A model generated the notes under the pieces. The model did no database searches and had not been told where the DNA came from. It was given only the letters and a program-made list of their open reading frames with translations. The position numbers and the translations under genes were made by a program. A stretch of DNA of 64,000 bases. Source: the human T2T-CHM13v2.0 reference genome, Homo sapiens. Every line of letters starts with the position of its first letter. The stretch's first letter is position 1. Location: the NCBI RefSeq assembly GCF_009914755.1, contig NC_060946.1. The stretch is one strand, 5' to 3'. Below are positions 27,128 to 42,600 of this stretch, piece after piece.

Positions 27128-28354
27128 ACAGGAACCTTGTGATATAACTCTGCACTGATCACCCAGGTGATATAGCTCTTCTCTAGGATCTGCCTACAGG
27201 GTGCTTTGTGACATATCCCTGCACTGATCACCCAGGTGATCTAACTCTGGTCAAAGCTCTGCGTAAAGGGGCATTGTGACAGATCTCTGCACTGATCACT
27301 CAGGTGATGTACCTGATGTCAAGGCTCTGCTTCAAGGGGCCTTGTCACATATCTCTGCACTGATCACCCAGGTGATGTAACTCTTGTCTAGGCTCTGCTT
27401 CCAGGGCATATTGTGACATATCTATGCAGTGATCACCTTAGTGATGTAACACTTGTGTAGGCTCGGCCTACAGGGGAGTCTTGACATATCTCTGCACTGT
27501 TAACCGAGGTGATTTAACTCTTGTCTAGGCTGTGCCCACAGGGGGATTGAGACATATCTCTGCACTGATCACGAGGTGATCCAACTCTTGCCTGGTCTCT
27601 GCCTACTGGGGACATTGTGACATATCTCTGCACTGATCTCCCAGGTGCTGCAACTTTAGTCTAGGCTCTGGCTACACGACATTGTGACATATCACTGCAC
27701 TGATCACCCAGGTGATATAAATCTTGTCTAGGCTCTGCCTACAGGGGGCTTGTGACATATCTCTGCACTGACCACCCAAGTGATGTAGCTCTTCTCTAGG
27801 ATCTGCCTACAGGGTGCTTTGTGACATATCCCTGCACTGATCACCCAGGTGATCTAACTCTGGTCTAAGCTCTGCCTAAAGGGGCATTGTGACAGATCTC
27901 TGCACTGATCACTCAGGTGATGTAACTGTTGTCTAGGCTCTGCTTCAAGGGTCCTTGTCACATATCTCTGCACTGATCACCCAGGTGATGTAACTCTTGT
28001 CTAGGCTCTGCTTCCAGGGCATATTGTGACATATCTATGCACTGATCACCTTAGTGATGTAACAATTGTGTAGGCTCGGCCTACAGGGGAATCTTGACAT
28101 ATCTCTGCACTGTTAACTGAGGTGATTTAACTCTTGTCTAGGCTGTGCCCACAGGGGTATTGAGACATACCTCTGCACAGATCCCGAGGTGATCCAACTC
28201 TTGCCTGGTCTCTGCCTACTGGGGACATTGTGACAAATCTCTGCACTGATCTCCCAGGTGCTGCAAATTTAGTCTAGGCTCTGGCTACACGACATTGTGA
28301 CATATCACTGCACTGATCACCCAGGTGATATAAGTCTTGTCTAGGCCCTGCCTA
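27128..28354. repeat. 9-monomer (613 bp) internal duplication, 2,587-bp HOR variant (copy 2, carried by the 8,508-bp duplication)
   Basis: Anchor spacing 26164 to 28751 is 2,587, and the same hybrid junction ATAAATCTTGTCTAGGCTCTGCCTACAGGGGGC occurs at about 27718. Confidence 0.87.
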
Positions 28355-31300
28355 CAATGGTCTTGTGACATGTCTCGGCACTGATCACCCAGGTGATATA
28401 ACTATTCTCTAGGATCTGACCACAGGGTGCTTTGTGACATGTCCCTGCAATGATCACCGAGGTGATATACCACTTGCCAAAGCTCTGCCTACAGGGGCAT
28501 TGCAATGTATCTCTACACTGATCACCTAGGTCTTGTAACTCTTTTCTAGGATCTGCCTACAGGGTGCTTTGTGACGTATCCCAGCAAGGATTACCCAGGT
28601 GATGTACCGCTCATCAAGGCTCTGCCTACAGGCACATCGCGATGTATATCTGCACTGATCACCTAGGTCATGTAACTTTTGTCTAGGCTCTGCCTACGAT
28701 GGCATTGTGACATATCTCTGCACTAATCATCCAAGTGATGTAACACTTGTCTAGGATCTGCCTAAATTAACTTTGTGACATAACCCTGTACTGATCATCC
28801 AGGTGATGGGGCTTTTGTCTAGGCTCTGCCTAAGGGGGCATTGTGACATATTTCTGCATTGATCACCCAGGTGGCGAACTCTTCTCTTGGATCTGCCTAT
28901 GGGGGCATTGTGACAAATCTCTGCACTGATCACCCAGGTGACGTAACTGTTGTGTAACCTCTGCCGACAGGGGAATTGTGAGAGATCTCGCCACTGATCA
29001 CCCAAATGATGTAACCATTTTCTAGGCATTGCGTACAGGGGGCTTTGTGTCATACCTTTACACTGATCACCCAGGTGATGTAACACATCTAAGTTCGGCC
29101 TAAAGGAGCTTTGTGACATATCTCTGCACTGATCACTTAGGTGATGTAACACTTTTATAACCACTGCCTACAGGGAATTTTGACAAATCTGTACACTGAT
29201 CACCTAGGTGATGTAACTCTTGTCTACCCTCTGTCCAACGGGTCATTGTGAAATATCTCTGCACTGATCACCCAGGTGATTCAACTCTTGACTAGGATCT
29301 GCCTAGAGAGGTTATTGTGAAATATCTCTGCACTGATAAACTAGGTGGTGTAACCCTTGTCCAAGCTCTGCCTACAGGGGCGTTTTCACATATCCCTGAA
29401 CTGATGACAGAGGTGATGTAACACTTGCCTAGGCTTTGCCTACAGGGGACATTGGACATACATCTGCACTGATCTCCCATGTGATGCAACTCTGGCCTAG
29501 GCTTTGCCTACAGGGGACATTTTGACATATCTCTTCAATGATCACCCATGTGATGCAACTTTTGCCTAGGCTTTGCCGACAGGGGACATTGTGACATATC
29601 TCTGCATTGATCTCGCAGGTGCTGTAACTTTAGTCTAGGCTCTGGCGGCACGGCATTGTGACATATTACTGCACTGATCAACCAGGAGATATAACTCTTG
29701 TATAGGCTCTGCCTACAGGGGGCTTGTGACATATCTCTGCACTCATCACCCAGGTGATGTAGCTCTTCTCTAGGATCTGCCTACAGGGTGCTTTGTGACA
29801 TATCCCTGCACTGATCACCCAGGTGATCTAACTCTGGTCTAAGCTCTGCCTAAAGGGGCATTGTGACAGATCTCTGCACTGATCACTCAGGTGATGTAAC
29901 TGTTGTCTAGGCTCTGCTTCAAGGGGCCTTGTCACATATCTCTGCACTGATCACCCAGGTGATGTAACTCTTGTCTAGGCTCTGCTTCCAGGGCATATTG
30001 TGACATATCTATGCACTGATCACCTTAGTGATGTAACAATTGTGTAGGCTCGGCCTACAGGGGAATCTTGACATATCTCTGCACTGTTAACCGAGGTGAT
30101 TTAACTCTTGTCTAGGCTATGCCCACAGGGGTATTGAGACATATCTCTGCACTGATCCCGAGGTGATCCAACTCTTGCCTGGTCTCTGCCTACTGGGGAC
30201 ATTGTGACAAATCTCTGCACTGATCTCCCAGGTGCTGCAACTTTAGTCTAGGCTCTGGCTACACGACATTGTGACATATCACTGCACTGATCACCCAGGT
30301 GATATAACCCTTGTCTACGCTCTGCCTACAATGGTCTTGTGACATGTCTCTGCAATGATCACCCAGGTGATATAACTATTCTCTAGGATCTGACCACAGG
30401 GTGCTTTGTGACATATCCCTGCAATGATCACCCAGGTGATATACCACTTGCCGAGGCTCTGCCTACAGGGGCATTGCAATGTATCTCTACACTGATCAAC
30501 TAGGTCTTGTAACTCTTTTCTAGGATCTGCCTACAGGGTGCTTTGTGACGTATCCCAGCAAGGATTACCCAGGTGATGTACCGCTCATCAAGGCTCTGCC
30601 TACAGGCACATCGCGATGTATCTCTGCACTGATCACCTAGGTCATGTAACCTTTGTCTAGGCTCTGCCTACGATGGCATTGTGACATATCTCTGCAATAA
30701 TCATCCAAGTGATGTAACACTTGTCTAGGATCTGCCTAAATTAACTTTGTGACATAACCCTGTACTGATCATCCAGGTGATGGGGCTTTTGTCTAGGCTC
30801 TGCCTAAGGGGGCATTGTGACATATTTCTGCATTGATCACCCAGGTGGCGAACTCTTCTCTTGGATCTGCCTATGGGGGCATTGTGACAAATCTCTGCAC
30901 TGATCACCCAGGTGACGTAACTGTTGTGTAACCTCTGCCTACAGGGGAATTGTGAGAGATCTCGCCACTGATCACCCAAGTGATGTAACCATTGTCTAGG
31001 CTTTGCGTACAGGGGGCTTTGTGACATACGTTTGCACTGATCACCCAGGTGATGTAACACATCTAAGTTCGGCCTAAAGGAGCTTTGTGACATATCTCTG
31101 CACTGATCACTTAGGTGATGTAACACTTTTATAACCACTGCCTACAGGGAATTTTGACAAATCGGTACACTGATCACCTAGGTGATGTAACTCTTGTCTA
31201 CCCTCTGACCAACGGGTCATTGTGAAATATCTCTGCACTGATCACCCAGGTGATTCAACTCTTGACTAGGATCTGCCTACAGAGGTTATTGTGAAATATC

Positions 31301-34300
31301 TCTGCACTGATAAACTAGGTGGTGTAACCCTTGTCCAAGCTCTGCCTACAGGGGCGTTTTCACATATCCCTGAACTGATGACAGAGGTGATGTAACACTT
31401 GCCTAGGCTTTGCCTACAGGGGACATTGGACATATATCTGCACTGATCTGCCATGTGATTCAACTCTGGCCTAGGCTTTGCCTACAGGGGACATTGTGAC
31501 ATATCTCTTCAATGATCACCCATGTGATGCAACTCTTGCCTAGGCTTTGCCTACAGGGGACATTGTGACATATCTCTGCATTGATCTCCCAAGTGCTGTA
31601 ACTTTAGTCTAGGCTCTGGCTGCACGGCATTGTGACATATTACTGCACTGATCAACCAGGAGATATAAGTCTTGTATAGGCTCTGCCTACAGGGGGCTTG
31701 TGACATATCTCTGCACTGATCACCCAGGTGATATAGCTCTTCTCTAGGATCTGCCTACAGGGTGCTTTGTGACATATCCCTGCACTGATCACCCAGGTGA
31801 TCTAACTCTGGTCTAAGCTCTGCCTAAAGGGGCATTGTGACAGATCTCTGCACTGATCACGCAGGTGATGTAACTGTTGTCTAGGCTCTGCTTCAAGGGG
31901 CCTTGTCACATATCTCTGCACTGATCACCCAGGTGATGTAACTCTTGTCTAGGCTCTGCTTCCAGGGCATATTGTGACATATCTATGCACTGATCACCTT
32001 AGTGATGTAACACTTGTGTAGGCTCGGCCTACAGGGGAATCTTGACATATCTCTGCACTGTTAACCGAGGTGATTTAACTCTTGTCTAGGCTGTGCCCAC
32101 AGGGGGATTGAGACATATCTCTGCAGTGATCCCGAGGTGATCCAACTCTTGCTTGGTCTCTGCCTACTGGGGACATTGTGACAAATCTCTGCACTGATCT
32201 CCCAGGTGCTGCAACTTTAGTCTAGGCTCTGGCTACACGACATTGTGACATATCACTGCACTGATCACCCAGGTGATATAACTCTTGTCTAGGCTCTGCC
32301 TACAATGGTATTGTGACATGTCTCTGCACTGATCACCCTGGTGATATAACTATTCTCTAGGATCTGACCACAGGGTGCTTTGTGACATAACCCTGCAATG
32401 ATCACCCAGGTGATATACCACTTGCCAAGGCTCTGCCTACAGGGGCATTGCAATGTATCTCTCCACTGATCACCTAGGTCTTGTAACTCTTTTCTAGGAT
32501 CTGCCTACAGGGTGCTTTGTGACGTATCCCAGCAAGGATTACCCAGGTGATGTACCGCTCATCAAGGCTCTGCCTACAGGCACATCGCGATGTATCTATG
32601 CACTGATCACCTAGGTCATGTAACCTTTGTCTAGGCTCTGCCTACGATGGCATTGTGACATATCTCTGCACTAATCATCCAAGTGATGTAACACTTGTCT
32701 AGGATCTGCCTAAATTAACTTTGTGACATAACCCTGTACTGATCATCCAGGTGATGGGGCTTTTGTCTAGGCTCTGCCTAAGGGGGCATTGTGACATATT
32801 TCTACATTGATCACCCAGGTGGCGAACTCTTCTCTTGGATCTGCCTATGGGGGCATTGTGACAAATCTCTGCACTGATCACCCAGGTGACGTAACAGTTG
32901 TGTAACCTCTGCCGACAGCGAAATTGTGAGAGATCTCGCCACTGATCTCCCAAGTGATGTAACCATTGTCTAGGCTTTGCATACAGGGGGCTTTGTGACA
33001 TACGTTTGTACTGATCACCCAGGTGATGTAACACATCTAAGTTCGGCCTAAAGGAGCTTTGTTACATATCTCTGCACTGATCACTTAGGTGATGTAACAC
33101 TTTTATAACCACTGCCTACAGGGAATTTTAACAAATCTGTACACTGATCACCTAGGTGATGTAACTCTTGTCTAACCTCTGTCCAACGGGTAATTGTGAA
33201 ATATCTCTACACTGATCACCCAGGTGATTCAACTCTTGACTAGGATCTGCCTACAGAAGTTATTGTGAAATATCTCTGCACTGATAAACTAGGTGGTGTA
33301 ACCCTTGTCCAAGCTCTGCCTACAGGGGCGTTTTCACATATCCCTGAACTGATGACAGAGGTGATGTAACACTTGCCTAGGCTTTGCCTACAGGGGACAT
33401 TGGACATATATCTGCACTGATCTCCCATGTGATGCAACTCTGGCCTAGGCTTTGCCTACAGGGGACATTGTGACATATCTCTTCAATGATCACCCATGTG
33501 ATGCAACTCTTGCCTAGGCTTTGCCTACAGGGGACATTGGGACTTATCTCTTCAAAGATCTGCCATGTGATGCAACTCTTGCCTAGGCTTTGCCTACAGG
33601 GGACATTGTGTCGTATCTCTACATTGATCTCCCAGGTGCTGTAACTTTAGTCTAGGCTATGGCTGCACGGCATTGTGACATATTACTGCACTGATCAACC
33701 AGGAGATATAACCCTTGTATAGGCTCTGCCTACAGGGGGCTTGTGACATATCTCTGCACTGATCACCCAGGTGATATAGCTCTTCTCTAGGATCTGCCTA
33801 CAGGGTGCTTTGTGACATATCCCTGCACTGATCACCCAGGTGATCTAACTCTGGTCTAAGCTCTGCCTAAAGGGGCATTGTGACAGATCTCTGCACTGAT
33901 CACTCAGGTGATGTAACTGTTGTCTAGGCTCTGCTTCAAGGGGCCTTGTCACATATCTCTGCACTGATCACCCAGGTGATGTAACTCTTGTCTAGGCTCT
34001 GCTTCCAGGGCATATTGTGACATATCTATGCACTGATCACCTTAGTGATGTAACAATTGTGTAGGCTCGGCCTACAGGGGAATCTTGACATATCTCTGCA
34101 CTGTTAACCGAGGTGATTTAACTCTTGTCTAGGCTGTGCCCACAGGGGTATTGAGACATATCTCTGCACTGATCCCGAGGTGATCCAACTCTTGCCTGGT
34201 CTCTGCCTACTGGGGACATTGTGACAAATCTCTGCACTGATCTCCCAGGTGCTGCAAATTTAGTCTAGGCTCTGGCTACACGACATTGTGACATATCACT

Positions 34301-36699
34301 GCACTGATCACCCAGGTGATATAACTCTTGTCTAGGCTCTGCCTACAATGGTCTTGTGACATGTCTCGGCACTGATCACCCAGGTGATATAACTATTCTC
34401 TAGGATCTGACCACAGGGTGCTTTGTGACATATCCCTGCAATGATCACCGAGGTGATATACCACTTGCCAAAGCTCTGCCTACAGGGGCATTGCAATGTA
34501 TCTCTACACTGATCACCTAGGTCTTGTAACTCTTTTCTAGGATCTGCCTACAGGGTGCTTTGTGACGTATCCCAGCAAGGATTACCCAGGTGATGTACCG
34601 CTCATCAAGGCTCTGCCTACAGGCACATCGCGATGTATCTATGCACTGATCACCTAGGTCATGTAACCTTTGTCTAGGCTCTGCCTACGATGGCATTGTG
34701 ACATATCTCTGCACTAATCATCCAAGTGATGTAACACTTGTCTAGGATCTGCGTAAATTAACTTTGTGACATAAACCTGTACTGATCATCCAGGTGATGG
34801 GGTTTCTGTCTAGGCTCTGCCTAAGGGGTCATTGTGACATATTTCTGCATTGATCACCCAGGTGGCGAACCCTTCTCTGGGATCTGCCTATGGGGGCATT
34901 GTGACAAATCTCTGCACTGATCACCCAGGTGATGTAACTGTTGTGTAACCTCTGCCTACAGGGAAATTGTGAGAGATCTCGCCACTGATCACACAAGTGA
35001 TGTAACCATTGTCTAGGCTTTGCGTACAGGGGGCTTTGTGACATACGTTTGCACTGATCACCCAGGTGATGTAACACATCGAAGTTCGGCCTAAAGGAGC
35101 TTTGTGACATTTCTCTGCACTGATCACTTACGTGATGTAACACTTTTATAACAACTGCCTACAGGGAATTTTGACAAATCTGTAAACTGATCACCTAGGT
35201 GATGTAACTCTTGTCTACCCTCTGTCCAACGGGTCATTGTGAAATATCTCTGCACTGATCACCCAGGGGATTCAACTCTTGACTAGGATCTGCCTACAGA
35301 GGTTATTGTGAAATATCTCTGCACTGATAAACTAGGTGGTGTAACCCTTGTCCAAGCTCTGTCTACAGGGGCGTTTTCACATATCCCTGAACTGATGACA
35401 GAGGTGATGTAACACTTGCCTAGGCTTTGCCAACAGGGGACATAGGACATATATCTGCACTGATCTCCCATGTGATGCAACTCTGGCCTAGGCTTTGCCT
35501 ACAGGGTACATTGTGACATATCTCTTCAATGATCACCCATGTGATGCAAATCTTGCCTAGGCTTTACCTACAGGGGACATTGTGACATATCTCTGCATTG
35601 ATCTCCCAAGTGCTGTAACTTTATTCTAGGCTCTGGCTGCACGGCATTGTGACATGTTACTGCACTGATCAACCAGGAGATATAAGTCTTGTATAGGCTC
35701 TGCCTACAGGGGGCTTGTGACATATCTCTGCACTGATCATCCAGGTGATATAGCTCTTCTCTAAGATCTGCCTACAGGGTGCTTTGTGACATATCCCTGC
35801 ACTGATCACCCAGGTGATCTAACTCTGGTCTAAGCTGTGCATAAAGGGGCATTGTGACAGATCTCTGCACTGATCACTCAGGTGATGTAACTGTTGTCTA
35901 GGCTCTGCTTCAAGGGGCCCTGTCACATATCTTTGCACTGATCACGCAGGTGATGTAACTCTTGTCTAGGCTATGCTTCCAGGGCATATTGTGACATATC
36001 TATGCACTGATCACCTTAGTGATGTAACACTTGTGTAGGCTCGACCTACAGGGGAATCTTGACATATCTCTGCACTGTTAACCGAGGTGATTTAACTCTT
36101 GTCTAGGCTGTGCCCACAGGGGTATTGAGACATATCTCTGCACTGATCCCGAGGTGATCCAACACTTGCCTGGTCTCTGCCTACTGGGGACATTGTGACA
36201 AATCTCTGCACTGATCTCCCAGGTGCTGCAACTTTAGTCTAGGCTCTGGCTACACGACATTGTGACATATCACTGCACTGATCACCCAGGTGATATAACT
36301 CTTGTCTAGGCTCTGCCTACAATGGTCTTGTGACATGTCTCTGCACTGATCACCCAGGTGATATAACTATTCTCTAGGATCTGACCACAGGGTGCTTTGT
36401 GACATATCCCTGCAATGATCACCCAGGTGATATACCACTTGCCAAGGCTCTGCCTATAGGGGCATTGCAATGTATCTCTACACTGATCACCTAGGTCTTG
36501 TAACTCTTTTCTAGGATCTGCCTACAGGGTGCTTTGTGACGTATCCCAGCAAGGATTACCCAGGTGATGTACCGCTCATCAAATCTCTGCCTACAGACAC
36601 ATCGCGATGTACCTCTGCACTGATCACCTAGGTCATGTAACCTTTGTCTAGGCTCTGCGTACGATGGCATTGTGACATATCTCTGCACTAATCATCCAA

Positions 36700-39600
36700 G
36701 TGATGTAACACTTGTCTAGGATCTGCCTAAATTAACTTTGTGACATAACCCTGTACTGATCATCCAGGTGATGGGGTTTTTGTCTAGGCTCTGCCTAAGG
36801 GGGCATTGTGACATATTTCTGCATTGATCACCCAGGTGGCGAACTCTTCTCTTGGATCTGCCTATGGGGGCATTGTGACAAATCTCTGCACTGATCACCC
36901 AGGTGACGTAACTGTTGTGTAACCTCTGCCGACAGGGAAATTGTGAGAGATCTCGCCACTGATCACCCAAGTGATGTAACCATTGTCTAGGCTTTGCGTA
37001 CAGGGGGCTTTGTGACATACGTTTGCACTGATCACCCAGGTGATGTAACACATCTAAGTTCGGCCTAAAGGAGCTTTGTGACATATCTCTGCACTGATCA
37101 CTTAGGTGATGTAACACTTTTATAACCACTGCCTACAGGGAATTTTGACAAATCTGTACACTGATCACCTAGGTGATGTAACTGTTGTCTACCCTCTGTC
37201 CAACGGGTCATTGTGAAATATCTCTGCACTGATCACCCAGGTGATTCAACTCTTGACTAGGATCTGCCTACAGAGGTTATTGTGAAATATCTCTGCACTG
37301 ATAAACTAGGTGGTGTAACCCTTGTCCAAGCTCTGCCTACAGGGGCGTTTTCACATATCCCTGAACTGATGACAGAGGTGATGTAACACTTGCCTAGGCT
37401 TTGCCTACAGGAGACATTGGACATATATCTGCACTGATCTCCCATGAGATGCAACTCTTGCCTAGGCTTTGCCTACAGGGGACATTGTGACATATCTCTT
37501 CAATGATCAGCCATGTGATGCAACTCTTGCCTAGGCTTTGTCTACAGGGGACATTGTGTCATATCTCTACATTGATCTCCCAGGTGCTGTAACTTTAGTC
37601 TAGGCTCTGGCTGCACGGCATAGTGACATATAACTGCACTGATCAACCAGGAGATATAACTCTTGTATAGGCTCTGACTACAGGGGGCTTGTGACATATC
37701 TCTGCACTGATCACCCAGGTGATATAGCTCTTCTCTAGGATCTGCCTACAGGGTGCTTTGTGACATATCCCTGCACTGATCACCCAGGTGATCTAACTCT
37801 TGTCTAAGCTCTGCCTAAAGGGGCATTGTGACAGATCTCTGCACTGATCACTCAGGTGATGTAACTGTTGTCTAGGCTCTGCTTCAAGGGGCCTTGTCAC
37901 ATATCTCTGCACTGATCACCCAGGTGATGTAACTCTTGTCTAGGCTCTGCTTCCAGGGCATATTGTGATATATCTATGCACTGATCACCTTAGTGATGTA
38001 ACACTTTTGTAGGCTCGGCCTACAGGGGAATCTTGACATATCTCTGCACTGTTAACCGAGGTGATTTAACTCTTGTCTAGGCTGTGCCCACAGGGGGATT
38101 GAGACATATCTCTGCCCTGATCCCGACGTGATCCAACTCTTGCCTGGTCTCTGCCTACTGGGGACATTGTGACAAATCTCTGCACTGATCTCCCAGGTGT
38201 TGCAACTTTAGTCTAGGCTCTGGCTACACGACATTGTGACATATCACTGCACTGATCACCCAGGTGATATAACTCTTGTCTAGGCTCTGCCTACAATGGT
38301 ATTGTGACATGTCTCGGCACTGATCACCCAGGTGATATAACTATTCTCTAGGATCTGACCACAGGGTGTTTTGTGACATATCCCTGCAATGATCACCCAG
38401 GTGATATACCACTTGCCAAGGCTCTGCCTACAGGGGCATTGCAATGCATCTCTACACTGATCACCTAGGTCTTGTAACTCTTTTCTAGGATCTGCCTACA
38501 GGGTGCTTTGTGACGTATCCCAGCAAGGATTACCCAGGTGATTTACCGCTCATCAAGGCTCTGCCTACAGGCACATCGCGATGTATCTCTGCACTGCTCA
38601 CCTAGGTCATGTAACCTTTGTCTAGGCTCTGCCTAAGATGGCATTGTGACATATCTCTGCACTAATCATTCAAGTGATGTAACACTTGTCTAGGATCTGC
38701 CTAAATTAACTTTGTGACATAACCCTGTACTGATCATCCAGGTGATGGGGCTTTTGTCCAGGCTCTGCCTAAGGGGGCATTGTGACATATTTCTGCATTG
38801 ATCACCCAGGTGGCGAACTCTTCTCTTGGATCTGCCTATGGGGGCATTGTGACAAATCTCTGCACTGATCACCCAGGTGACGTAACTGTTGTGTAACCTC
38901 TGCCGACAGGGGAATTGTGAGAGATTTCGCCACTGATCACCCAAGTGATGTAACCATTGTCTAGGCTTTGCGTACAGGGGTCTTTGTGACATACCTTTGC
39001 ACTGATCACCCAGGTGATGTAACACATATAAGTTCGGCCTAAAAGAGCTTTGTGACATATCTCTGCACTGATCACTTAGGTGATGTAACAATTTTATAAC
39101 CACTGCCTACAGGGAATTTTGACAAATCTGTACACGGATCACCTAGGTGATGTAACTCTTGTCTACCCTCTGTCCAACGGGTCATTGTGAAATATCTCTG
39201 CACTGATCACCCAGGTGATTCAACTCTTGACTAGGATCTGCCTACAGAGGATATTGTGAAATATCTCTGCACTGATAAACTAGGTGGTGTAACCCTTGTC
39301 CAAGCTCTGCCTACAGGGGCGTTTTCACATATCCCTGAACTGATGACAGAGGTGATGTAACACTTGCCTAGGCTTTGCCTACAGGAGACATTGGACATAT
39401 ATCTGCCCTGATCTCCCATGAGATGCAACTCTGGCCTAGGCTGTGCCTACAGGGGACATTGTGACATATCTCTTCAATGATCACCCATGTGATGCAACTC
39501 TTGCCTAGACTTTGCCTACAGGGGACATTGTGACATATCTCTGCACTGATCTCCCAGGTGCTGTAACTTTAGTCTAGGCTCTGGCTACACGGCATTGTGA

Positions 39601-42600
39601 CATATCACTGCACTGATCAACCAGGTGATATAACTCTTGTATAGGCTCTGCCTACAGGGGGCTTGTGACATATCTCTGCACTGATCACCAAGGTGATACA
39701 GCTCTTCTCTAGGATCTGCCTACAGGGTGCTTTGTGACATATCCCTGCACTGATCACCCAGGTGATCTAACTCTTGTCTAAGCTCTGCCTAAAGGGGCAT
39801 TGTGACAGATCTCTGCACTGATCACTCAGGTGATGTAACTGTTGTCTAGGCTCTGCTTCAAGGGGCCTTGTCACATATCTCTGCACTGATCACCCAGGTG
39901 ATGTAACTCTTGTCTAGGCTCTGCTTCCAGGGCATATTGTGACATATCTATGCACTGATCACCTTAGTGATGTAACACTTGTGTAGGCTCGGCCTACAGG
40001 GGAATCTTGACATATCTCTGCACTGTTAACCGAGGTGATTTAACTCTTGTCTAGGCTGTGCCCACAGGGAGATTGAGACATATCTCTGCCCTGATCGCGA
40101 CGTGATCCAACTCTTGCCTGGTCTCTGCCTACTGGGGACATTGTGACAAATCTCTGCACTGATCTCCCAGGTGTTGCAACTTTAGTCTAGGCTCTGGCTA
40201 CACGACATTGTGACATATCACTGCACTGATCACCCAGGTGATATAACTCTTGTCTAGGCTCTGCCTACAATGGTATTGTGACATGTCTCTGCACTGATCA
40301 CCCAGGTGATATAACTATTCTCTAGGATCTGACCACAGGGTGCTTTGTGACATATCCCTGCAATGATCACCCAGGTGATATACCACTTGCCAAGGCTCTG
40401 CCTACAGGGGCATTGCAATGTATCTCTACACTGATCACCTAGGTCTTGTAACTCTTTTCTAGGATCTGCCTACAGGGTGCTTTGTGACGTATCCCAGCAA
40501 GGATTACCCAGGTGATGTACCGCTCATCAAGGCTCTGCCTACAGGCACATCGCGATGTATCTATGCACTGATCACCTAGGTCATGTAACCTTTGTCTAGG
40601 CTCTGCGTACGATGGCATTGTGACATATCTCTGCACTAATCATCCAAGTTATGTAACACTTGTCTAGGATCTGCCTAAATTAACTTTGTGACATAACCCT
40701 GTACTGATCATCCAGGTGATGGGGTTTTTGTCTAGGCTCTGCCTAAGGGGGCATTGTGACATATTTCTGCATTGATCACCCAGGTGGCGAACTCTTCTCT
40801 TGGATCTGCCTATGGGGGCATTGTGACAAATCTCTGCACTGATCACCCAGGTGACGTAACTGTTGTGTAACCTCTGCCGACAGGGAAATTGTGAGAGATC
40901 TCGCCACTGATCACCCAAGTGATGTAACCATTGTCTAGGCTTTGCGTACAGGGGGCTTTGTGACATACGTTTGCACTGATCACCCAGGTGATGTAACACA
41001 TCTAAGTTCGGCCTAAAGGAGCTTTGTGACATATCTCTGCACTGATCACTTAGGTGATGTAACACTTTTATAACCACTGCCTACAGGGAATTTTGACAAA
41101 TCTGTACACTGATCACCTAGGTGATGTAACTGTTGTCTACCCTCTGTCCAACGGGTCATTGTGAAATATCTCTGCACTGATCACCCAGGTGATTCAACTC
41201 TTGACTAGGATCTGCCTACAGAGGTTATTGTGAAATATCTCTGCACTGATAAACTAGGTGGTGTAACCCTTGTCCAAGCTCTGCCTACAGGGGCGTTTTC
41301 ACATATCCCTGAACTGATGACAGAGGTGATGTAACACTTGCCTAGGCTTTGCCTACAGGAGACATTGGACATATATCTGCACTGATCTCCCATGAGATGC
41401 AACTCTTGCCTAGGCTTTGCCTACAGGGGACATTGTGACATATCTCTTCAATGATCAGCCATGTGATGCAACTCTTGCCTAGGCTTTGTCTACAGGGGAC
41501 ATTGTGTCATATCTCTACATTGATCTCCCAGGTGCTGTAACTTTAGTCTAGGCTCTGGCTGCACGGCATAGTGACATATAACTGCACTGATCAACCAGGA
41601 GATATAACTCTTGTATAGGCTCTGACTACAGGGGGCTTGTGACATATCTCTGCACTGATCACCCAGGTGATATAGCTCTTCTCTAGGATCTGCCTACAGG
41701 GTGCTTTGTGACATATCCCTGCACTGATCACCCAGGTGATCTAACTCTTGTCTAAGCTCTGCCTAAAGGGGCATTGTGACAGATCTCTGCACTGATCACT
41801 CAGGTGATGTAACTGTTGTCTAGGCTCTGCTTCAAGGGGCCTTGTCACATATCTCTGCACTGATCACCCAGGTGATGTAACTCTTGTGTAGGCTCTGCTT
41901 CCAGGGCATATTGTGATATATCTATGCACTGATCACCTTAGTGATGTAACACTTTTGTAGGCTCGGCCTACAGGGGAATCTTGACATATCTCTGCACTGT
42001 TAACCGAGGTGATTTAACTCTTGTCTAGGCTGTGCCCACAGGGGGATTGAGACATATCTCTGCCCTGATCCCGACGTGATCCAACTCTTGCCTGGTCTCT
42101 GCCTACTGGAGACATTGTGACAAATCTCTGCACTGATCTCCCAGGTGTTGCAACTTTAGTCTAGGCTCTGGCTACACGACATTGTGACATATCACTGCAC
42201 TGATCACCCAGGTGATATAACTCTTGTCTAGGCTCTGCCTACAATGGTATTGTGACATGTCTCGGCACTGATCACCCAGGTGATATAACTATTCTCTAGG
42301 ATCTGACCACAGGGTGTTTTGTGACATATCCCTGCAATGATCACCCAGGTGATATACCACTTGCCAAGGCTCTGCCTACAGGGGCATTGCAATGCATCTC
42401 TACACTGATCACCTAGGTCTTGTAACTCTTTTCTAGGATCTGCCTACAGGGTGCTTTGTGACGTATCCCAGCAAGGATTACCCAGGTGATTTACCGCTCA
42501 TCAAGGCTCTGCCTACAGGCACATCGCGATGTATCTCTGCACTGCTCACCTAGGTCATGTAACCTTTGTCTAGGCTCTGCCTAAGATGGCATTGTGACAT

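Larger units (their letters stand above)
15540..31873. repeat. Near-identical duplication at 8,508 bp offset (four-HOR period): about 15540-23365 and 24048-31873
   Basis: Identical ORF translations at 15683/24191, 16223/24731, 17632/26140, 20243/28751, 21027/29535 and 22758/31266. One difference noticed: 21481 A versus 29989 C. Confidence 0.9.
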